DNA of 11,842 nucleotides from Azolla caroliniana (lineage: Eukaryota; Plantae; Polypodiophyta): positions 1 to 11,842 of the forward strand of contig JBHGNT010001126.1 in NCBI GenBank assembly GCA_043228905.1. The letters run 5' to 3'. The translations under genes were made by a program, and so were the position numbers. The notes under the pieces are model-generated. The model worked only from the letters and a program-made list of their open reading frames with translations, ran no database searches and was not told where the DNA came from. This document shows, piece by piece, positions 1-7,944 of this stretch; within the stretch, counting starts at the first letter, position 1, and every line of letters starts with the position of its first letter.

Positions 1-2
1 AT

Positions 3-87
3 GCTGTATCTTCTTCTTCGACTCCATGGACGTGGATTTTCGAGCACCTGGTCAGCCAGAAGGAAGTTGGAACGCCAATTTTGCGAG
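3..87 (+). CDS. TRF-like gene exon 1 (partial): AVSSSSTPWTWIFEHLVSQKEVGTPILR
   Basis: Open frame 3. The W-x-W-I-x-E motif resembles N-termini of plant TRFL/PHD proteins (recalled). Donor GAG|GTATTC at 88, phase 1, matches acceptor TTTTCAG|AA at 544. Confidence 0.7.
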
Positions 88-3000
88 GTATTCAATGTCT
101 TTCCCTTTTCTACACGAATTCTGTTTCTGCATAACATCTTTTCCCTAATAATGGTTTGGGGTTACATCTACTATGGTGTGGGCATGAGCATTGTTACATT
201 TGTATAAAAAATTTGCAGCCTCGGCATTGGTTAGAGATTTGGCTCGCTTTCGAGTTTTTTATGGGGGAAAATGCTTCCACTCTCTTATTTACAGCGTTCT
301 CTTTGAAGGAATGTTGCCTCTGGCATTATTTGGAACGTTTTCTTTGAAGAGATGCTGCCTTTGACATGACTTCAAGCCCTCCGCTTTTGCATAAATGTTG
401 CCATTGGCTTGTCCCCAATCTTTTTCTTTGCAGAAATGCTGTCATTTACCTAGATAAGAGAATTTTCGTTAGATAAATGCTTCAGATGGTTCTGTGTATA
501 TGCTGACATGTTTCCTTATCATTGAATTGGCCTTTTCTTTTCAGAAATGCTTTCTTCTGTGCCAGATATTGCTCTTTCTGTCAGCTTGCAGAGGAGGGTG
601 GCGTTGAGATACCTAGAAGAAGCCATGTCTGCAGAGAAGGTCGATGCTTCGGTCATCCCTCTCATAGTGACCCTTTTGGAACATGCTCAAAGAGCTTCCA
701 TTTCGACTTTTCCTACGAGCTTAGACTATTCTGATTTGCTGCTGCGAGTGAAAGTAGAGGTGAGGTGACCCATAGAGTTGATATTTAACAATTCTGGCAT
801 AGGGTTTTGCATTATTTTATTTGAAAGTTTGGTTTGCAGGCAGTGCTAATATGTATTCGAACAAATCCAAGGAACTGGTGCACATTCAACCAGTTTCTTG
901 ATTATTTTTTCCCTAATGATACAAAGGATGTCCAATATTGCGAGAAGAGGAAGCAACTCTTAAGCCTATTGAGGGTATGTGTTTACCTTTTGAATACACA
1001 GTTTTTCTTGTGCAGGAACTTGTTTTTCAGGATCCAGAATGAACATTTTAAGGAAGCATCGATTAAATGTTTGGAAACTAGCTATTCACAAGCCCACCCC
1101 ACCCCTCTCCGCCCTTCATAAGGGTTAATCTTTTTGGCTGGTGAATCACAGTCGGATGATGAGAAAAAATGCATGGAAATGCTGGAAAAATATCCTGTCA
1201 GTGCATTGCGACATGACATACTCAAATGCATCACTTCAGAAAAAAATCGCTTCGAGGAAACCTTTTTCAACAAGGTCTGAATTTTCTTTCTCTCAAGATG
1301 CAACTACAAACTATTTAAAATGTGTTTTGCTAATGAATGGTTTTATTAAAAGCAAACAGCAAACATTTGTTACTGTAAATGCTGTGGCGATGACATCCAA
1401 CAGTGCAACTTTCTTCTTTGCAGCTTTGGCAGGATGTGCGTGTTGGAAAACTCCCTTTGAATGTTGGATTGCCAGTCCGAGAGAAGGAAAAAAGTCAAGA
1501 GGCTTTTCATTCTGCAGACATGGCACACAATTCTATCGGACATGATGACCAAATTGACATAGTGGGCCGGAATTCAAATGCTGAATCAGAGGTTTTATAT
1601 GGATGGAGTGGTTAATTAACACATTTTTCATGCTTTTAGTGTTTTTCCATGTATAACAAATGTTGTAAATTACAGGATGCTGTTGAGACCAGGCACGATA
1701 AACTTGTTGCAATAGAGCTGGAAAAGAGCAGTTTGAGGAATATGGAAAGGGATACTGCACAAAAATCTTACAGTAATGGCTATGAAAACAAACACCAGCA
1801 TGGGGCTTGTGGTTCTGATTTGAAAGGTAAAACAAAATCAGCAGGTCAATCTTCTAGGCTTGTGCAAAGTCCAAAAGTGCAGTTGAGGCAAAGGAATCAG
1901 TATGGTAAAGCTATCACATCCTCCAGTCCCTTAAAAGATGTGAAGAACTTACGGGCTTGTGTAAATACAACAGAGAGTAGAGATGGTTTAGCAAGTGCCC
2001 AGATTCCGAAATCTGGGAGTGATGGCCAAGAAGAGTACTGTCATAAATGCCAGAAGGGAGGAAATTTGGTTTGCTGTAATGGCTGTCCAATCGCGGTGCA
2101 TAAAAGATGCTTGGGATCTGACTCCAGCATTGTACACGGAGAGTGGTTTTGCCCTTTGTGCTTGCAAAAGAAAGCAGCTGAAGCAGTAGCAAAGGCAAAA
2201 GAGGAGGAATTGGCAGCAAAAGAAAAAGTAGCTCAATTCATGGCAGAGCTAAACACTAAGCGGGTCACTGAAAAAACTGCTTCTCACAGGATTTCAGATG
2301 ATTGTGGAGTGAAAACTGACACAGAAAACATAAAGAAAACGTTGGGCAGGAAGAAAGATGCTAGACAGATTAATAGTTTAAAGGCTGATGTGCACAAGGA
2401 AATGGAAGCAAATGCTTCTGAAACTGCAGTGCATACCTATAATGATATACAAGAAGAGGTTGGGTCTCCAAGCAAAGAATGCCATGACATAATCAATACT
2501 CCGCCAAGAAAAAAAGTTAGAGGTCTCGTAAGGGACAATGTAACTTGTGATGGAGCCACAAATGATGCTGGTGGTACATCTTCAAAAATGGTGAGTGAAT
2601 CAGAAGGGCACGCAATTCAAGCTGGTGTACCGATTCTAGCTGCAGATGGTGACGGGCATGATGGTGATATAGAAGAAGATAATGTTAAAAGCAGAAGCTT
2701 AAGATGAGGTGGTGTATATTCCTTCTCTTTTATGATGTGTTCATATCCTTCTGTTCGTCTGCCAATTTGATTAAAACTCCCAATGTGCTATGATTAGAGA
2801 AAACCGACTCATCCCTGGTTTGCGGCGGAAGCGGCTCCCATGGTCAAAAGAAGAGGAAGATGCTTTAAAGGTCTACCTGTTTTATATTTTGTTTCTTTCA
2901 TTCATTGTTTGGAAGAAAAAGATGCTTTGAAGATCAACTTGTTTTATATTTTATTTCGTTCATTTATATGTTTTTACCATTTAAATATTATGTTTTCCTC

Positions 3001-3156
3001 CCCTAACAGGAGGGTGTGAAAAAGTTTTCACATGATGGTACATGGGGATTTCAGTGGACTCGTATACTAGATTTTGGGCGAGGAAAGTTTCATCCAAGTC
3101 GAACTGATATTGATCTGAAGGATAAATGGCGGAATCTTGTTAAAACAATGGGATAA
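3..3156 (+). CDS. TRF-like protein (TRFH-like helical domain + PHD finger + C-terminal telobox Myb); 8 exons, start codon upstream of window; apparent frameshift/stop at end of exon 6
   Basis: Manual splice model with GT-AG introns: exons <3-87, 545-759, 840-974, 1152-1274, 1424-1591, 1676-2708, 2798-2870, 3010-3156. Intron phases are 1,0,0,0,0,(2),0. All junctions are phase-consistent except exon 6/7, which is one base short (1979 nt total; 1980 would give 660 codons). Motifs: PWTWIFEHL, RRVALRYLEE, C4HC3 PHD, RRKRLPWSKEEEDALKEGV...IDLKDKWRN. Confidence 0.85.
255..485. repeat. Degenerate ~41-bp-period repeat (6 units) in intron 1
   Basis: Core resembling YTTTG-MA-R-AATGYTGYC recurs with its ATG at 271, 311, 352, 395, 436, 477 (spacings 40, 41, 43, 41, 41). 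Confidence 0.6.
545..759 (+). CDS. TRF-like gene exon 2: EMLSSVPDIALSVSLQRRVALRYLEE...DLLLRVKVE
   Basis: Pyrimidine tract plus CAG acceptor at 544; donor GAG|GTGAGG at 760; coincides with ORF 547-768. Confidence 0.8.
840..974 (+). CDS. TRF-like gene exon 3: [13 protein letters not shown]...[10 protein letters not shown]
   Basis: Acceptor TTTGCAG| at 839, donor AGG|GTATGT at 975, phase 0 on both sides. Confidence 0.8.
1152..1274 (+). CDS. TRF-like gene exon 4: [41 protein letters not shown]
   Basis: Acceptor CACAG| at 1151 gives an open phase-0 frame; donor AAG|GTCTGA at 1275. Not listed in the ORF track. Confidence 0.7.
1424..1591 (+). CDS. TRF-like gene exon 5: LWQDVRVGKLPL...NSNAESE
   Basis: Acceptor TTCTTTGCAG| at 1423, donor GAG|GTTTTA at 1592, in frame of ORF 1403-1615. 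Confidence 0.7.
1676..2708 (+). CDS. TRF-like gene exon 6: long linker, PHD finger, coiled coil, putative NLS
   Basis: Acceptor TTACAG| at 1675; body of ORF 1649-2707; likely donor AG|GTGGTG at 2709, immediately after the in-frame TGA. Confidence 0.8.
2039..2161 (+). other. PHD zinc finger (C4HC3)
   Basis: CHKC-QKGGNLV-CCNGC-PIAV-HKRC-LGSDSSIVHGEWF-CPLC: canonical ligand spacing with the conserved Trp two residues before the last Cys pair. Confidence 0.92.
2798..2870 (+). CDS. TRF-like gene exon 7: ENRLIPGLRRKRLPWSKEEEDALK (Myb helix 1)
   Basis: Acceptor ATTAG| at 2797, donor AAG|GTCTAC at 2871; classic RRKR-x-x-W-S-x-EE start of a Myb domain. Confidence 0.85.
2851..2973. repeat. Imperfect ~62-bp direct duplication of the exon 7/intron 7 junction
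   Basis: aagaggaagatgctttaaagGTctacctgtttttatattttgtttctttcatt (2851) versus aagaaaaaagatgctttgaagATcaacttgttttatattttatttcgttcatt (2913). Confidence 0.75.
3010..3156 (+). CDS. TRF-like gene exon 8: EGVKKFSHDGTWGFQWTRILDFGRGKFHPSRTDIDLKDKWRNLVKTMG* (telobox Myb)
   Basis: Acceptor CTAACAG| at 3009; telobox signature DLKDKWRN; stop TAA at 3154-3156. Confidence 0.92.
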   Translation, partial: EGVKKFSHDGTWGFQWTRILDFGRGKFHPSRTDIDLKDKWRNLVKTMG

Positions 3157-3939
3157 TCTCGCACATGTTTTTGATTCAGCAATTCATGCAACTAAATTTG
3201 TACCAGTCACAACTCATCCAGGCCCAGCTCACACTTCTGTTTGAAGGATAGCTGTTTTGTACACAGATATGTATAATAAAGGAAAACAAGTTATTTTTCC
3301 AATGTCTCCTACAGATGATAGTTGAATTTGTATACATAATTCTTATTTGTAAAGATGAGTCATGTAAAAAGCTCACACATATTTGGCTATGTATGTGTTA
3401 GCACCCTCCATAGGTATGAATGCCTTTTTTTGTAGCGTTTTATCTTGTCAAGTCCATGATACTGTTCCATTGTCATGAAATATATTCACTTTCCTTGGTG
3501 CCATGTGGAGTAAAACTGGAGTACTTGAATGATTAGATGGGTCAAAATATTCATCATTTTTATCACTGGCACTTTATGATTTTGGTCCATCTCAATATCG
3601 TTGTCCACCTCTTTTGGATGCATTGAATGAGATGTTGGTAGAAAAGTTATTTTAGACACTACCAGATAGTATTTAACTACATCAAATTAAGTGATTGGTA
3701 TGTCGGGTTCCTTTTTGTCCTTAAAATTCAAGGCATTCTAGATAATTATGCGAATATAGCTTTTCTTCTCTCTTTCTGTTTGTAGCCCATGGTGTTTGAT
3801 TATGTATGACTTGTTTCACAGCCATTCTTGGCCACATTTCAAACAAATAAAAGCTAAAAGCTTCGTGTTGCATCGAATTAAACCACATGCTCCACTGCTT
3901 GTGCGGGCCCCCGCCAAATAGAGAGGTCTAAAGACAAGT

Positions 3940-6800
3940 TTGATGATGAGTGGAAAGTATTACATCACCAAGCTTTTGGCTTCATTCAGGAAGGAAAGCA
4001 CAAACAAGTTGTACCTAATGAAGCAATTGGTGCATTTAAGGTATCATGTGATTGAGGTCCAAGGAATCATTGACTGGTTATCATCAATGGGCATTACAAT
4101 TTGCACACGAGGTCAGCTCTACTGGTGTTTGGCTCCTTTGCTAGATGATGGCAGAGTTATTTCTCCTTAGTTCCTTTGGCATCACAATTTACGACAAGGT
4201 CAAGGCCATCACAGTTTAGGATGAGGTCAGAGCTCTTGTGCCTTGAGAGACAGTGAAGGTAACTCAATGCAACTTAGTTCCTGCTGATTTTATTACTTGT
4301 AATTATTTGAAGACCAAGTTGATGAATGAAAATAAACTGGAAAGTGAAGGAGCAAGTCAAGAGCCAAGTATGTAAATGTTGTTGTCATTGTCACCAAAAC
4401 TTGCTCCAAGTATGTAAATGTTGTTATCATTGTCACCGAAAGGGTATGTGAAGATTTTTTTGTTGAAATTTAAAGAAGAAATCATCACAAAAGCATGACA
4501 GTGATGTGATGAAGGAAGCACTGCCTCTACAATTGGAAAATTTCTTTTTGTTGATGATTAAATGCCATCAGCCTGATGAGGAGGCAATTTGGGTGTGAGA
4601 TAGTGATGCCACTGCTCATGCTGCATGTCACAAAGATTTCTTCAATTCCTACACTGCAAGTGATTTTGGAGCTGTGAAGATGGGCAATAATGAAGCAAGT
4701 TGTTCATTCAGAGACCACAAATGGCATTGAATTGATCCTTAAATATGCGAGACATGTTGCACGTTCGAGGCTCAAAGTAATCTCAGTTCGGCAGCCTGAT
4801 GATGAAGGATGTTTGAGCAAATTTGGTGGTGAACAATACAGGCTCACCAAGTTAGCATAATAATAGAAAGGGGTAAAACAGTATCTCATATATATTACAT
4901 TCAAAAATCTCTAGTTTTTCTGTCAATGTTTAGAGAATAAAAACCAAAGTGTCTGGTAGCACAAGAAACTTGGCCACATGAAAAGGGGAATGCCGCTGGT
5001 CAAGAACCTCTTGTAAAAAATGGAGAGTCTGCATTTGAAAGAAATGTGCAGATTCTCTAGCAGGAAAATGACATTGATTTGCCTTCAAGAATCAATCATC
5101 TTCAAAGAGGACAGAGATATTAGAGTTGATACACTGTAATGTGTGTGGACTGGTGAAGGTGGGGCCACTTGATGGTGCTAGATATGTTTTCACTGCTATT
5201 GATGATTTCTCTTGGAAAGTTCGCTATATCTTTACCTCAAAAGATCAAGTACTGGATAAGTCAAAGAATTTGAAGCTTCAATTGAATAAGATAGACTGAA
5301 AGGAAAGTCAAGTGCATTCCCACTGTCAATGAAGGCAAGTATTGTGGTCTGTTTGATGCATATTGCAGGCAGAAAGGTATTAAGACATCAAATCACCCCT
5401 CCAAAAGACATACTGCAATTGAATGGCATTGCGAAGAGGATGAATAGAACATTAATAAAGTGTGCTAGATGTTTGCTGTCACATGCAAAACTACCATGAT
5501 CTTATTTAAGGTGAGGTCAATGTATGTTGTTAATCTCTCTCACCATGTTATCATTTTGAAGGAGATGTTCCAAATCAAGTTTGGTATAGTGAAGTTGTCT
5601 CTTACGATCACTTACAAGTGTTTGGAGGCAAAGCCTTTGCTCAGATTTCTCAAGATGAGAGATCCAAACTTGAGGCAAAGACACAACAGTGTATTTTTCC
5701 TGGCTATGGATAAATTTGAAGCTACAAGTTGTATGAGTAGCGAAGAAAGTTGTTAGAAGCCATGATGTCATTATGGAAGATCAAATGATTCAGGATATCA
5801 AGTAAGGCACATGCAAAAATTCCTCAACAATATGTTGGATCTATAAATTCAAATCCAATTACCACAGTTCCAACAATCGAATAGGTTAAATATAATATTC
5901 AAATTGAAATTTATATAATGATTCGTTCGGATGCAGGTGACAAGGATGCTCCCAAACATGAAGAACAATATCTATATGGCAGGCCAACAACCACCTGTAC
6001 TAGAAGTTCCACCAGCAATGTGAAGGCAGACCATTCGCACGATACTCTTGAGATGAGTACTTGGTGCTATTATCAAATGATTCTGAACCGAAAAGCTTGA
6101 CATAATCAATGGAAGATGAGCACAAAAAGAAGTGGATGGAGGCCATGTAAGAAGAGATGGATTATTTACTTGAGATTCAAACATTTGAGTTGGTGAAGTT
6201 GCCTCAAGGCAGAAGGGTTCTGAAGAACAAGTGGCCTTATTCATTCAATGAAGCAATATGAGCACTCTACATCCAAAATACAAGGCCACGCTAGTAGTGA
6301 AACGATTTAGTCAAAGAAAGGGTACTGATTTCCATGAGATTTTCTCTCCATTTATGAAGATGACATGTATTGAGTGTTCTTGACTTGGCAACATGTTTTT
6401 ACTTCGAGAATGAGCAACTGGATGTGAAAATAGCCTCCCATCATGAGAATTTAGAGAAAGAAATATACATGGAACAACCTGCAGGGCCTATAGAGAAAGG
6501 CAAGGGGGAGTGTGTATGCAAGCTGAAGAAATGTCTTTACTGCCTAAGTCGATAGTAAGAGAAGCTTGATTCATTTATGGGACAGCATGCCTACAAAAGT
6601 TGTAGTGAAGACCCATATGCATATACTTACAGGGGTTTTCTCATGATGATTTTATTATGTTGTCGGGCTATGTCAGCGATATTTTGATTGTTGGAAAGGA
6701 TGCTTCCAGGATTCCTGTGCTGAAGAAGTTGAGTCTTGGAAGAAGAATCGATAGAGATAGAGCCTCCAAAAAGTAGTTTAAATCACAAGAGAAACTTTAC
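3940..6800 (+). mobile_element. Decayed Ty1/copia LTR-retrotransposon internal region (gag-protease-integrase-RT), truncated
   Basis: Recognisable remnants across frameshifts and stops. gag: DDEWKVLHHQAFGFI, NKLYLMKQLVHLRY, QGIIDWLSSMGI (~3940-4250). Protease: WV*DSDATAH...DFGAVKMGNN (~4590). Pre-integrase: HKKLGHM (~4960). Integrase: LELIHCNVCG, YVFTAIDDFSWKV, QLNGIAKRMNRTL (~5120-5500). Also KDERSKLEAKTQQCIFPGY (~5650). RT: YKATLVVKRFSQRKGTDFHEIFSP, EQLDVKIA, LEKEIYMEQP, VCKLKKCLY, YVSDILIVG (~6130-6800). Integrase before RT defines the copia superfamily. Confidence 0.93.
4364..4441. repeat. 42-bp-period tandem duplication inside copia gag
   Basis: ccaagtatgtaaatgttgttgtcattgtcaccaaaa (4364) and ccaagtatgtaaatgttgttatcattgtcaccgaaa (4406): 2 mismatches in 36 bp. 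Confidence 0.9.
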
Positions 6801-7100
6801 TAGTTTTTGCATCTCTTGATCTTCTATAATACATGTTTTGTCACATTAATATTGCCTAATCACAATATTTAGTACCATGTATCCTATCAAGTGGAAATTG
6901 AGGATTTGATATGAAGTTGGTATGACAGTTTGTCTAAACCTATCAGATGGCCGAAGTCAATTATTTGCTCAACATTTTACATACATGACCTTGTGATTGT
7001 GTTATATTTGTTTTGGTAGTATAACCATACTACATGTCATGATGGAGTTAACAATTGAAATGTTGACAAGAAGTCTTGAAAGGTTTCTCTATACCATATG

Positions 7101-7208
7101 ATTACAAACAACAAATTGAAATATTGGCTTGGAAGATTTTACTTATACTAGATTACAAACAACAAATGATTAATTTAGGTATTACAAACAACAAATGATT
7201 AATTTAGG
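7101..7208. repeat. 29-bp tandem repeat x2 plus an upstream partial copy
   Basis: attacaaacaacaaatgattaatttagg at 7152 and 7181; attacaaacaacaaat also at 7101. Confidence 0.9.
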
Positions 7209-7396
7209 GATGTCATGTATATTAGCCTGATGGTGGAAATGTTCACAGAGGCTTTCTATATAATGCAAGTGATCATACAATATATATTTTGTAACAATTA
7301 TTTGCAATGATAATGTACAATGTCTTAGAGTTGCATTTTTGTAAGTGATATGCAGACAGTGTTTTTTATTCAGGACACCCATTTTATTCACGTTTA

Positions 7397-7665
7397 ATAT
7401 GCCCATAGCTTCAATGGTTTATTGATGGGATCACAGATATGATTTTATGACATGCTCAATAACTTCAATGGCTTGTTGATGGGATCACAAATATGATTTT
7501 ATGATATGCCCAATAACTTCAATGGCTTGTTGATGGGATCACAAATATGATTTTATGATATGCCCAATAACTTCAATGGCTTGTTGATGGGATCACAAAT
7601 ATAATTTTATGATATGCCCAATAACTTCAATGACCTGTTGGTGGGATTACAAATATGATTTTATG
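7397..7665. repeat. Minisatellite, 5 x 54 bp
   Basis: Unit atatgcccaataacttcaatggcttgttgatgggatcacaaatatgattttatg starting at 7397 (53 bp), 7450, 7504, 7558, 7612. The consensus has stops in all six frames. Confidence 0.97.
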
Positions 7666-7773
7666 AAGGTTGTGCGAGAGGCAATACAGGGCTAGACATA
7701 GTTCGACGTAGGCCAACTGTCCACTGTCCACTTATCCACAGAATCCTCTCATAAGCCATGCGTATGTGGTCAT

Positions 7774-7920
7774 CTTACCTGCAACAACAGATATCTATCT
7801 TATTGCTTTGAAGTAGCAAATAAGATGCCTCATCATGTGGGTCGAGTTTACTTGAAAATCAGGTAACATGTTTAAAGTGTGCCATATCCCGCATGAAATC
7901 TACAAGCACCCACCAAAGCA
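7774..7920 (-). pseudogene. Degenerate duplicate of PPR E1/E2 motif-coding sequence
   Basis: Minus strand reads ALVGACRFH (cf. AMLGACRLH in the gene), then in another frame SKLDPHDEASYLLLQSN (cf. SELNHQDETSNVVL*SI), then ISVVAGK (cf. the E2 consensus IYAAAG-x-W). Frameshifted. Confidence 0.75.
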
Positions 7921-7944
7921 GCAAGGATGCATATCACATATGCT

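Noticed and set aside
1-207. ORF 1-207, or the ATG at 26, as the gene start
   Set aside because: Only frame 3 gives the phase-1 junction to exon 2 and the family-like WTWIFE motif. The true start lies upstream of the window.
255-485. Repeat-spacer pattern reminiscent of CRISPR
   Set aside because: Cores are highly degenerate, lie in a spliceosomal intron and resemble the neighbouring splice acceptor.
1011-1039. Alternative acceptors TGCAG (1015) and TTTCAG (1030) for intron 3
   Set aside because: They would give very short introns (41 and 56 nt) and an immediate in-frame TGA. The acceptor at 1151 keeps the frame open.
1649-2707. Stand-alone 352-aa PHD protein
   Set aside because: Its ATG lies in intron 5; the ORF is exon 6 of the larger gene.
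5469-6555. Short ORFs 5469-5756, 5918-6100 and 6370-6555 as genes
   Set aside because: Fragments or off-frame readings of the decayed copia pol.
7397-7665. CRISPR-like array
   Set aside because: Units are contiguous with no unique spacers, the context is eukaryotic, and there are no cas genes. It is also not coding despite the 54-bp (3n) unit, since all six frames contain stops.
7680-7944. Hidden DYW deaminase domain downstream of the PPR
   Set aside because: No PG-box, HxE or CxxC/DYW motifs seen in the minus-strand frames I read.
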